From NCBI RefSeq assembly GCF_000010625.1, contig NC_010296.1, forward strand, positions 2,280,001-2,312,000: a stretch of 32,000 nt of DNA, written 5' to 3'. Origin of the DNA: Microcystis aeruginosa NIES-843 (GTDB lineage Bacteria > Cyanobacteriota > Cyanobacteriia > Cyanobacteriales > Microcystaceae). The notes under the pieces are model-generated. The model did not search any database. It was not told the origin of the DNA and saw nothing but the letters and a program-made list of their open reading frames with translations. Positions within the stretch are counted from its first letter, which is position 1. Each line of letters begins with the position of its first letter. The translations under genes were made by a program, and so were the position numbers. Below are positions 1 to 8,650 of this stretch, piece after piece.

Positions 1-25
1 TTTTCAGTAAACCCCAATTACTTAT

Positions 26-883
26 ATGCCAGAATTGCCAGAAGTAGAAACGGTGCGTCGCGGATTAAATCAAGTTACCCAGGGCCAAAAAATTATCGGT
101 GGGGAAGTATTATTACAGCGTACCCTAGCCTATCCTAATTGCGAGGCAACTTTTCTGCAAGGAATTGCTCAGACCACGATTACCAATTGGCAGCGCCGAG
201 GCAAATATCTCCTCGCCAATTTAGATAATGGTAGCAGTATCGGGGTTCATCTGCGTATGACTGGACAATTGCTCTGGGTAAAAGATACCACTCCCCTGCC
301 GATTCATACGCGCTTACGCTTCTTTTTTGCCAATCAGCAAGAATTGCGCTTCGTCGATACCCGCACTTTCGGGAAAATTTGGTGGATTGCCGCCGATAAA
401 ACCCCAGAAAGCGTGATTACTGGTCTCAAAAAACTGGGATTGGAACCCTTCGATCGCAATTTTACCGCCGATTACCTCTATAGTCACTGTCAAAAAAGTC
501 GTCGTCCGATTAAAACTTTTCTCCTCGATCAAAATGTAGTCGCAGGAATTGGCAATATCTACGCAGATGAAGTTCTTTTTAAAAGTGGCATCCATCCCCA
601 AACTGCCGCTAATCTCTTGAAAATTGAGCAAATAGACTTATTGACAAAAAACATTATTTCTGTATTGGAAACAGCGATCGCTGAAGGCGGAACCAGTTTT
701 AGCGATTTTCTCCACGTTACGGGAGTTAATGGCAATTATGGGGCGATGGCCTGGGTTTACGGTCGTAATGGCGAAAATTGTCGCCTTTGCGGTGCAACTA
801 TTGCCAGAATTAAATTAAGTGGGCGCTCGGCTCATTTTTGTCCCCAGTGTCAAGTCTCAAGGGGAGAAGGGAGAAAAAGCTGA
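26..883 (+). CDS. mutM: Formamidopyrimidine-DNA glycosylase (Fpg/MutM)
   Basis: 285-aa ORF starting MPELPEVE (catalytic N-terminal Pro/Glu motif), with a C-terminal zinc finger CRLCG...CPQC. Length is typical for Fpg. Confidence 0.95.
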   Translation: MPELPEVETVRRGLNQVTQGQKIIGGEVLLQRTLAYPNCEATFLQGIAQTTITNWQRRGKYLLANLDNGSSIGVHLRMTGQLLWVKDTTPLPIHTRLRFFFANQQELRFVDTRTFGKIWWIAADKTPESVITGLKKLGLEPFDRNFTADYLYSHCQKSRRPIKTFLLDQNVVAGIGNIYADEVLFKSGIHPQTAANLLKIEQIDLLTKNIISVLETAIAEGGTSFSDFLHVTGVNGNYGAMAWVYGRNGENCRLCGATIARIKLSGRSAHFCPQCQVSRGEGRKS

Positions 884-1714
884 TCACTGATTAGGGGCTG
901 TGGCTTCAATTTTGTTATTTTCGTCGGCTAGGGTCTGAATCTCCTGTCTGTAAGCAAAAGGAGCGCGACTGAGAGCATCTTGAAAGAGGGGTTGAGCCTC
1001 TTGATTTTTGCCCTGTTCTTTCAGTACGATCGCCGCTGCCAAAATCGGTCGGAAATCGTTAACATCCATCTGTTGAGCTTGTTTATAGGCGTTTAAAGCT
1101 TCCGGATAATTTTGCTGCTCGAAATAGATTTTGCCTAAAAGTAACTGAACGGAAACGATATCGATTAAACTAGCAGGATTATTGGGATCGGCAGCAGCTT
1201 TTAAAGCGCGATCAAGCGTATCTTTGACCAGACTAATCGCCTCGATCGGGCGGTTTTGGCTAAGAAATAAATTAGTTAATCCGGTCAAGGCCCGCAGCTC
1301 TTGGGGATGGGAGGCTAAAAGAGCGCGATAACTGGCTGTGGCTCCTGCATAGTCCTCTATTTGCTGTTTCGCTTCTGCCAAAAGTAGTAGATAATCGGAT
1401 TGTTGGGGGTTAAGTTGCGCTAATTTTTCTAAAGGTTCGATCGCTTGCTTTAAATCGCCCTGCTGTAAGCGAGTATCTAATAATCCCCGCAAAGCCGTCT
1501 GATTATCGGGTTCGCGCTCTAAAACCATCTGATAACCCAGTGCTTGACTGGCTAATTCCTCTTGTTTGACTGCGGACAGATGACTCTGGCCCGAGTGCCG
1601 CTCACTCTGGAGAATAGAAGTCAATAGCGGCATCATCGAGAAAGACAGCAAGGCAAATAACATCAGCACGAGACCGATGGACAGCCAACGACGGTGAGAG
1701 AGAGAAGCTTTCAT
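884..1714 (-). CDS. TPR-repeat protein with N-terminal membrane anchor
   Basis: 276-aa ORF. It has an N-terminal hydrophobic helix (WLSIGLVLMLFALLSFSMMPLL) followed by several 34-residue TPR-like units (A..Y...L...P....AL..L). Its stop codon directly abuts the mutM stop (883/884). Confidence 0.8.
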   Translation of the reverse strand: MKASLSHRRWLSIGLVLMLFALLSFSMMPLLTSILQSERHSGQSHLSAVKQEELASQALGYQMVLEREPDNQTALRGLLDTRLQQGDLKQAIEPLEKLAQLNPQQSDYLLLLAEAKQQIEDYAGATASYRALLASHPQELRALTGLTNLFLSQNRPIEAISLVKDTLDRALKAAADPNNPASLIDIVSVQLLLGKIYFEQQNYPEALNAYKQAQQMDVNDFRPILAAAIVLKEQGKNQEAQPLFQDALSRAPFAYRQEIQTLADENNKIEATAPNQ

Positions 1715-1988
1715 AGACTGGGGTGCGAGGGGACAGACAAGAAAATGTTATGGAAATCTGGAGATTTGATGAGGGGATCGATCGAATTGGCCGCTCTTTA
1801 TTAAGTACAATGGGCAAACGGTCAAGACTCAAAAGGGTTTTGACTGGGTTGACAGTCAAAAGATCATGGTTCTTAATATATTAGATGCCAGTAGAGTCGC
1901 CCTAGAGGGTTATTGTAACCCCCCAGATCGCGCTTTTGACTTGCTTGATTACTAATTTACTATGTGTCTCCGCCGCTAGGAGTGTGAT

Positions 1989-2837
1989 ATGAATCGTCCT
2001 GGGAATCGGTTTACCGAATCACCGAAAACCCCCCCGACCCCTGAAGTGGAAATTCAGGAAGTCCCCCTTGAATCCCCCCATACCGAGGCTGATTTAGCCG
2101 TAGAGTCAGCCACCCCCGCAGAAGTCAAACGTCAACAACCGATCCCCCCTCCCAGTCATCTGCGGCAGTATCGGGCGATCGGTCTCGTCTATGGCCATTA
2201 TCAGCGATCGGAGGAACAATTAACTAAAGGCAATATTTTAACTGCCGATGGTACTCTGATCGATTCTGTGATTCTCGGTCGGGTGATCAGTTTGGTTAAA
2301 AATCATCTCGATCTGGAAAAACCCCATCTTTGGGTGGTTTATCCGCGCACCCGTCAGGAAAATGATGCCCTTCATGTTCAGATTGTCGGTGTTTGGGAAC
2401 CAGAAACCCTGAAAAAGGAGGATGATCAGGAGATAGAGCCTCTCCTCGCTTCTACCCCGGGTTATTTCTCGATTCGAGGCGAAGTCATCTTTACCGAACG
2501 GGAAAATCAAGCGGTAGTGGTCAAAATCCGACAAATGCCCAAAACTGAAGCGGACAAACCCAAGTTTTTTAAACTAAAATTGCGCGGCACTTTACCTGGT
2601 AAACCGATCAGTCGTTTTTGGGATTTTCAGGTACAACTTAAAGGAGATGCCTTAACCATTTTGGAAGGTTTAGACCTCGGTTTTGCCAGCAAGAAAAAAC
2701 CGATGGGTAAGGGAGGTTTTAAAAAGCCTTTTGATAAAAATCGTCATCTTTCGGGGGAAGGAGAAAAACGACCTTTTACCCCCGGACAATCCCCTATCCC
2801 TCGGCCTTCCCGACCAAAACCCGTATCGGAAAACTAA
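1989..2837 (+). CDS. Hypothetical protein (Pro-rich N-terminus, Lys/Pro-rich basic C-terminus)
   Basis: 282-aa ORF whose ATG is preceded by AGGAG. Codon usage resembles the neighbouring genes. I recognise no family. Confidence 0.6.
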   Translation: MNRPGNRFTESPKTPPTPEVEIQEVPLESPHTEADLAVESATPAEVKRQQPIPPPSHLRQYRAIGLVYGHYQRSEEQLTKGNILTADGTLIDSVILGRVISLVKNHLDLEKPHLWVVYPRTRQENDALHVQIVGVWEPETLKKEDDQEIEPLLASTPGYFSIRGEVIFTERENQAVVVKIRQMPKTEADKPKFFKLKLRGTLPGKPISRFWDFQVQLKGDALTILEGLDLGFASKKKPMGKGGFKKPFDKNRHLSGEGEKRPFTPGQSPIPRPSRPKPVSEN

Positions 2838-2848
2838 TTTTTTTCTAA

Positions 2849-2869
2849 GGATGGGTGAGAAACCCATCC
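2849..2869. terminator. Intergenic hairpin between convergent genes (possible terminator)
   Basis: Perfect 8-bp stem GGATGGGT/ACCCATCC with a 5-nt loop. On the + strand the T-run lies 5' of the stem rather than 3', so this is not a canonical intrinsic terminator for either strand. Confidence 0.3.
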
Positions 2870-2874
2870 CTAGT

Positions 2875-3378
2875 CTAGGATTTGGTTTTGGGAGCTATTT
2901 GATACTTAGTATTGGGAATATAAGCGCGAATGTTATAACTATAATCCGTTCCCAAAATCTCGGCGATCAAAACCGCTAACTGAGTGCCTAAAATCGCTTC
3001 ATCGGCAGAACTAAAAGATTTATAATCTTCTATTAACCATTCTTGACCACCATTAACTAAAGTACATCTAAATGTACCAAGAGATTCGGCAATTTCTGTA
3101 TGTTCTGTATAGTTTCTCGTTCTTACTTCCCCCCTACTATCTGCCCTCAAACATAATTGATTAAGTTCTGCATAAAATTTGGCAGGAATTTTGTCTAAAT
3201 CACCCCCTTTAGTCACCCAATGCATAAAAAGATGAAAAGACCAAGGAAGATTGAGGTAGAGTAGATAAAATAAACCCAGAATAATTGTTAAATATAAGGA
3301 GGAAGTCAGGAACTTATCATATTTCCTTTTTCGGGATCGATTTAAACGTTTAGCTAAATCTAACTTTGATTTTTTCAT
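2875..3378 (-). CDS. Hypothetical membrane-anchored protein
   Basis: 167-aa ORF with a basic N-terminus followed by one hydrophobic helix (SLYLTIILGLFYLLYL). It is more AT-rich than its flanks. No family recognised. Confidence 0.45.
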   Translation of the reverse strand: MKKSKLDLAKRLNRSRKRKYDKFLTSSLYLTIILGLFYLLYLNLPWSFHLFMHWVTKGGDLDKIPAKFYAELNQLCLRADSRGEVRTRNYTEHTEIAESLGTFRCTLVNGGQEWLIEDYKSFSSADEAILGTQLAVLIAEILGTDYSYNIRAYIPNTKYQIAPKTKS

Positions 3379-3416
3379 AAATTTTAATGAGTCAAAAGTA
3401 ATTCGTAAAAAGTAAG

Positions 3417-4340
3417 ATGTATAAAAAAATCCAGCGTTTTGCTCCGATTATCCTGTCCTTGAGTTTATTTATTCTAGCGGTCTGGGCAATTAGTCAAGAA
3501 TTTAAACACTACACTTTTGCCCAACTCTTGGCTAGTTTGGATCATATTACCACAAGTCGTCAGCTAGAAGCTATTTTTTGGATGGCTTTGGGTTATTTGT
3601 CGATGACGGGTTATGATCGCCTAGGTTTTTATTATATCAAGCATCCCTTAGCTTTAGGCACTATTATCCGCACTGCTTTTATCAGTTATGCTCTTGGTAA
3701 TACCATTGGTTTGACCTTATTTTCCGGGACAGCAATCCGTTATCGTTTCTATACTCCTGCGGGGGTGGGGGTGGTGGATATTGCCAAAGTTATTACTTTT
3801 ACCCATTTAAGCTTTTGGTTAGGAATGTTAGGGATTGGTGGTTTAAGTTTCCTCCTCGATCCCCAACGGATTCCTCAACTTTTAAAATTACCTTTTTTAA
3901 CTACTAAACCTTTAGGAATAATTTTTTTATTGCTGGTTACGGGATATTTTTTCTTGACTCTCACCTATAAAAAACCAATAAGAATCGGCCAAGAAAATAT
4001 CTATTTACCCTCTTGGACTCTTTTCCTGGCTTTGATTTTGTTGACTTTTATTGATTGGATATTAGCCGCTAGAGTTCTCTATCTTCTTCTCCCGGGCAGC
4101 TACAATACTTCGTTTTTAGGATTTTTCGGTCTCTATGTATTTGCCATGACGGCAGGGGTATTAAGCAATGTGCCGGGGGGAATAGGGGTTTTTGAGTTTA
4201 TCATGCTGAGATTACGCCCCGAATATGTATCTAATGCCGAGCTTTTAGGCTCTTTAATCGCCTATCGAGCTATTTATTATTTCCTGCCTTTAATTGTCGC
4301 TTTTGTCTGGTTGTTGGGTTACGAGGCGCGCAGAAAATAA
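3417..4340 (+). CDS. Multi-pass integral membrane protein, UPF0104 / MprF-flippase-like (lysylphosphatidylglycerol synthase TM-region type)
   Basis: 307-aa ORF with about 8 hydrophobic segments. The N-terminal pattern and the conserved ...GYDRL... and SNVPGGIGVFE motifs resemble this family. Assignment is from memory only. Confidence 0.65.
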   Translation: MYKKIQRFAPIILSLSLFILAVWAISQEFKHYTFAQLLASLDHITTSRQLEAIFWMALGYLSMTGYDRLGFYYIKHPLALGTIIRTAFISYALGNTIGLTLFSGTAIRYRFYTPAGVGVVDIAKVITFTHLSFWLGMLGIGGLSFLLDPQRIPQLLKLPFLTTKPLGIIFLLLVTGYFFLTLTYKKPIRIGQENIYLPSWTLFLALILLTFIDWILAARVLYLLLPGSYNTSFLGFFGLYVFAMTAGVLSNVPGGIGVFEFIMLRLRPEYVSNAELLGSLIAYRAIYYFLPLIVAFVWLLGYEARRK

Positions 4341-4405
4341 TGCCCGCAAATTAGCTTAAACGGACAAAAAAAGTCCCCATGCCGTCATAGCTGGGGAGCA
4401 TCAAT

Positions 4406-4606
4406 CTAGTAGGCTAAAGTTTCTAAAGTTTCCCGTAGATAGGAACAAATGCGAGCATCAGCATCGTCTCTATTTTTACCTGATTCTAGTTGTTCTTGCT
4501 GCCAACGCCGAAAACCGGAACTAGCGGCGATGGCTTGTTTTAAATGCTCCCAAGTATGATGATCTTTGTGAAGTGGGGTGTCGGAAAATGTGCTAGAGTT
4601 GCCCAT
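4406..4606 (-). CDS. Small hypothetical protein (about 66 aa)
   Basis: The track ORF runs 4406..4642. The internal ATG at 4606 is preceded by GAGAGG and is the likelier start. No family recognised. Confidence 0.4.
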   Translation of the reverse strand: MGNSSTFSDTPLHKDHHTWEHLKQAIAASSGFRRWQQEQLESGKNRDDADARICSYLRETLETLAY

Positions 4607-4690
4607 CTTTACCTCTCGTGGTAGGGTTGCACCTTTTAACATAACTTAAAAATCGCTGAAAATTCTGATAACTGGGACACAATTAGGCAG

Positions 4691-4740
4691 AAAAAGGTGT
4701 TGCCTAGCGGGAAATCTGCGGGGATGCCAACACCTTTTTT
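4691..4740. terminator. Rho-independent-type hairpin, bidirectional (A-run / stem / T-run)
   Basis: AAAAAGGTGTTG...CAACACCTTTTTT: an 8-bp stem flanked by A5 and T6. It lies just downstream of the minus-strand gene that ends at 4760. Confidence 0.55.
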
Positions 4741-4759
4741 GAGGGAATCTAGCGGATTT

Positions 4760-5116
4760 TTAGGAGATTTTGCTGGTTTCTGCCGCTTCTTCCGTCACCA
4801 CTGCCACGTTTAAAGCTGCGGGGGGAATGGGGATAGGAAATACCGCCGGCAGATTAGCGGTGGCATCTTCAGGAGGCTGCGCAGAGTGAAAACGACGGTA
4901 GCTTAAAACACCCGCTACGGTGATTGCTCCTGTAGCAGCGGCAACCCCTAAAATAAGTTTGTTAGCATCGACAGGGAGGGTGGTATTGCTGCCAAAAATG
5001 CTTTTACCTTTAGCGAAAGCACAAGCGGAGGCGCTGCCAGCATCAAGAGTACCTAAAACAATGCCACTGACGAGGGTAGCACTAACGGCGATGGAGGTGA
5101 AAAAAGTTTTCTTCAT
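4760..5116 (-). CDS. Small exported or membrane-anchored protein
   Basis: 118-aa ORF with a signal-peptide-like N-terminus (MKKTFFTSIAVSATLVSGIVLG), a second hydrophobic helix (LILGVAAATGAITVAGVL) and a Pro/Ala-rich tail. No family recognised. Confidence 0.5.
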   Translation of the reverse strand: MKKTFFTSIAVSATLVSGIVLGTLDAGSASACAFAKGKSIFGSNTTLPVDANKLILGVAAATGAITVAGVLSYRRFHSAQPPEDATANLPAVFPIPIPPAALNVAVVTEEAAETSKIS

Positions 5117-5230
5117 AATTGCCTTGGGGATAGGTTGTCAATAGCGATTATCCTTGCATTATAGATATCTCCATCACAATTGTCTATTTTATTTCCGTTG
5201 GTGACATTGAAATAATTTTGTTTAAGGATA

Positions 5231-8200
5231 ATGAATTATCAATATCGTGTCGGGGGTAGTCTTGCCTATAACCATCCTACCTATATCGAGAGAAATGCCG
5301 ATCGAGAACTGTTAACGGCGTTGAAAAATGGTCAATTTTGCTACGTTTTTAACTGTCGTCAGATGGGTAAATCCAGTTTAAGGGTACGAGTGACTCATAT
5401 TTTACAGCAATTGGGCATGGATTGCGCGTCCGTAGATATAACCAGTCTTGGCAGTAATGATAATTTATCCCAATGGTATAACGGGGTGATTACCCGTTTG
5501 TTTTTAGGATTTAATCTGACGGGAAAAATTAATCTTAAATCCTGGTTGCGCGAGCGAGAGGATTTACCTCCCGTGCAGCGTTTGGGACAATTTATCGAGG
5601 AAATTTTATTAGTTTATTGTCGGGGAGAGAAAATATATATTTTTATCGACGAGATCGATAAAATTCTCAGTTTACAGTTTTCTCTAGATGACTTTTTTTC
5701 CCTGATTCGTTATTGTTATAACCAAAGAGCGGAAAATGCCCAGTATGAAAGAATTACTTTCGCTTTATTCGGTGTTGCTACCCCAGCAGATTTAATTCGC
5801 GAAAAGACCCAAACATCTTTTAATATCGGCCAAGCGATCGAATTAACGGGATTTAATCTTGCAGAAATTGCTCCTCTAGCTGCGGGATTATCCAGTCAAA
5901 GTAATTATCAACCCGACTGCTTAGAAAAAATTATTTTTTGGACGGGAGGACAGCCATTTTTAACCCAGAAAATCTGTCAGCTATTGCTGGAAAGTAATTT
6001 AGATATTGAGACGCTGATCAAAGAGAGAATTATTAATAATTGGGAATCTCATGATGAACCAGTTCATCTGCGAACTATTGCCGATCGCTTGTTAAGAAAT
6101 CAAGACAAAGCGGGTCGTTTGTTAGGCATCTATCAACAAATTTTAGAAAAAGGTGCAATCCTGTGCGATGATAGTCCAGAACAAGGGGAATTAAGGTTAT
6201 CGGGATTAGTGGTAAAAAAGGATAATCAATTAGTAGTTTATAATCCTATTTATCGAGAAATATTTAATCTCAATTGGGTGGAAAAACAATTAGAGCAATT
6301 GCGTCCCTACTCAGAAGCACTTGCCGCCTGGCAACAGTCTAATTATACCGATGAATCGCGGCTTTTACGCGGAAAAGCTTTAAATAATGCCCTCGATTGG
6401 TCTCAGGGGAAAAGCTTAAGTAATCTTGATTATCAGTTTTTAACTGCTAGTCAAAATCTCGATAAAAGAGAGGCAGAAATTAGCCTAGAAACTCAGAAGC
6501 AAGCTAATAAAATTCTAGCAATCGCTCACCAAAAAGCTACGAAAAGAATTCAAATTGGCTCGGTAATTTTAATTGCTTCTCTCTTGGGTTCTCTCTTAGC
6601 CTTTATTCAGGTAAAACAAGCATGGAAGCAAGTAGAAAGCGCTCAATTAGGTATTCAATTACAGCGCAATGGTGATAGTTATTGGCAACAATTTCAATTT
6701 GAACAATTAGAATCTTTAATTGCATCCATGCAAGCAGTAAATAGTTTAAAAAATATCGTTACTGATGACCAAACCTTGAGTAAATATCCTGCTACCAGTC
6801 CAATTATTACCCTGCAACAAATTTTAGATCGTATTCAAGAAAAAAACCAACTGCAAGGACACCGGGGGACTATTTATAGTGTTAGTATTAGTCCTGATCG
6901 TCAAAAAATTGCCACTGCTTCTCAAGATGGGACGGTAAAAATTTGGAATCAAAAAGGTGAGAATATTCAAACTTTGACAGGTCATCAAGGAGCAGTTTAT
7001 AGTGTTAGTTTTAGTCCCGATGGTCAAAAAATCGCCACTGCTTCCGAAGATAAAACCGCCAAAATTTGGAACTTGCAAGGGCAAAATTTAGTCACCTATC
7101 CTGACCATCAAGAATCAGTTTATAGTGTTAGTTTTAGTCCCGATGGTCAAAAAATTGTCACCACTTCCAGGGATAAAACCGCTAGATTATGGAATTTATC
7201 AGGTCAAACTTTACAGGTATTTAAGGGACATAAAAGATCGATAGATGCAGCTAGTTTTAGTCCCGATGGTCAAAAAATTGCCACCGCTTCCCGGGATGGT
7301 ACGATTAAAATCTGGGATTTATCAGGTAAAATTATCTTGAGTTTAGGTCAAGAAAATATTGAGACTTTTTATAGTGTTAATTTTAGTCCCGACGGTCAAA
7401 AAATTGCCGGGGCAGCGGCCGATAAAACTGCTAAAATCTGGGATTTACAGGGAAATTTAATAGCTACTTTCCGGGGACATCAAGATTTTGTCAACAGTGT
7501 TAATTTTAGTCCTGATGGACAGTTTATAATTACTGCATCTAGTGACGGTAGTGCTAAAATTTGGGGACTGCAAGGGGAAGAAATAACTACTCTTAGAGGA
7601 CATCAAGAATCGGTTTTTACTGCTGTATTTAGTCAAGATGGAAAAGAGGTGGTAACTGGATCGAGTGATGAAACGGCTAAAATTTGGCAGCTGAACAATT
7701 TAAATCAAGCTAGGGTCGATAATACCAGTGTTAGCATTAATTCCCAGGGCAATATTATCGCTATTGCTAACAAAGATGGTCAGATTACTTTACTCGATTC
7801 CCAGGGAAAAAACATTAGAGAATTTGCCACAAAAATGCGCTCAATCTATAGTATAGCTTTTCATCCCGATAGTAATCAGATGGCGATTACAGGAAGAAAT
7901 GGAAAAGTACAAATCTGGAGTCAAAAAGGAACAATGCTTCAAGAATTTACTGCTAGTCAAGTACCGATTTATAGTCTTGCTTTTAATGGAGAGGGAACAG
8001 CAATAATCACGGGAACAAGCGAGGGAAAAGTTCAATACTGGCATTTAAGTAATTATCGGCCTCAATTAATTAATTCCTGGACAGCCGATGATAATATTAT
8101 CTATGATTTGGTGTTTTCTCCCGATCATCAAAAAATTGCTACTGCTACTCGGGGAAAGATTAAAATTTGGGATTTACAGGGCAATCTTTTCGAGGAGATT

Positions 8201-8557
8201 AAAACTGATTCTTTTCCCGTTTATGGAGTTAGTTTTAGTCCCGATGGTGAAAAAATCGCCGCTATTTCAAGGGATGGTACAGCTAGACGCTGGGACAGGG
8301 ACGGAAATTTGCGCTCCGAGTTTAAAATAGAAGAAGATATCGTCTATGGGATCACTTTTAGTCCTGATAGTCGAGAGATTGTGATTATTGCTAGGGATGG
8401 TCAAAAGCATCGATGGCCCTTAGAAACGGAATATAATTATTTACAAAAATTGCTCGATCGAGGTTGTCTTTGGTTAGAAGATTATCTCGGGAATCGTCCC
8501 GAAAAACGAGAAGCTCTATCCCTGTGTACTAGGAAAATAAAACCATTCACATTTTAA
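5231..8557 (+). CDS. AAA-like (AAA_35-type) P-loop NTPase, hydrophobic helix and WD40-repeat protein (STAND-like architecture)
   Basis: 1108-aa ORF with AAGGA upstream of the ATG. The N-terminus YRVGGSL..P.Y..R.AD.EL is typical of cyanobacterial AAA-like domains. Walker A is CRQMGKSS and Walker B is IYIFIDEID. A hydrophobic segment IQIGSVILIASLLGSLLAFIQV lies at about nt 6548-6613. About 13-14 WD40 units follow (GH..V.SVSFSPDGQ...D.T.KIW). Confidence 0.9.
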   Translation: MNYQYRVGGSLAYNHPTYIERNADRELLTALKNGQFCYVFNCRQMGKSSLRVRVTHILQQLGMDCASVDITSLGSNDNLSQWYNGVITRLFLGFNLTGKINLKSWLREREDLPPVQRLGQFIEEILLVYCRGEKIYIFIDEIDKILSLQFSLDDFFSLIRYCYNQRAENAQYERITFALFGVATPADLIREKTQTSFNIGQAIELTGFNLAEIAPLAAGLSSQSNYQPDCLEKIIFWTGGQPFLTQKICQLLLESNLDIETLIKERIINNWESHDEPVHLRTIADRLLRNQDKAGRLLGIYQQILEKGAILCDDSPEQGELRLSGLVVKKDNQLVVYNPIYREIFNLNWVEKQLEQLRPYSEALAAWQQSNYTDESRLLRGKALNNALDWSQGKSLSNLDYQFLTASQNLDKREAEISLETQKQANKILAIAHQKATKRIQIGSVILIASLLGSLLAFIQVKQAWKQVESAQLGIQLQRNGDSYWQQFQFEQLESLIASMQAVNSLKNIVTDDQTLSKYPATSPIITLQQILDRIQEKNQLQGHRGTIYSVSISPDRQKIATASQDGTVKIWNQKGENIQTLTGHQGAVYSVSFSPDGQKIATASEDKTAKIWNLQGQNLVTYPDHQESVYSVSFSPDGQKIVTTSRDKTARLWNLSGQTLQVFKGHKRSIDAASFSPDGQKIATASRDGTIKIWDLSGKIILSLGQENIETFYSVNFSPDGQKIAGAAADKTAKIWDLQGNLIATFRGHQDFVNSVNFSPDGQFIITASSDGSAKIWGLQGEEITTLRGHQESVFTAVFSQDGKEVVTGSSDETAKIWQLNNLNQARVDNTSVSINSQGNIIAIANKDGQITLLDSQGKNIREFATKMRSIYSIAFHPDSNQMAITGRNGKVQIWSQKGTMLQEFTASQVPIYSLAFNGEGTAIITGTSEGKVQYWHLSNYRPQLINSWTADDNIIYDLVFSPDHQKIATATRGKIKIWDLQGNLFEEIKTDSFPVYGVSFSPDGEKIAAISRDGTARRWDRDGNLRSEFKIEEDIVYGITFSPDSREIVIIARDGQKHRWPLETEYNYLQKLLDRGCLWLEDYLGNRPEKREALSLCTRKIKPFTF
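6851..7711 (+). repeat. Intragenic 123-bp tandem repeat (seven WD40 blades, high nucleotide identity)
   Basis: Unit starts at 6851, 6974 and 7097 give an exact 123-bp period. A 39-nt string AGTTTATAGTGTTAGTTTTAGTCCCGATGGTCAAAAAAT is identical at 6994 and 7117. Confidence 0.85.
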
Positions 8558-8650
8558 ACTTGGTTTGACTGGGTGGGGGCAAAGGTTAAATTAATTAGTT
8601 AATTTCTTGATTAATTATTGCCTAAGCCACCCGCTAAATAATCTTAATTC

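Noticed and set aside
314-631. 105-aa ORF antisense to mutM
   Set aside because: It lies entirely inside a confidently identified gene on the opposite strand and has no recognisable motifs. It is a typical shadow ORF.
1602-1859. 85-aa minus-strand ORF overlapping the 5' end of the TPR gene
   Set aside because: It overlaps the TPR protein's N-terminus in another frame and has no RBS or family resemblance.
2238-2979. ORFs 2238..2534(-), 2670..2867(-) and 2683..2979(+)
   Set aside because: They are antisense or out-of-frame shadows of the 282-aa and 167-aa genes and have low-complexity translations.
6824-8330. ORFs 6824..7084(-), 7841..8044(-) and 8088..8330(+) inside the WD40 gene
   Set aside because: These are shadow frames of the repeat-rich WD40 coding region. 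The WD40 frame is unambiguous.
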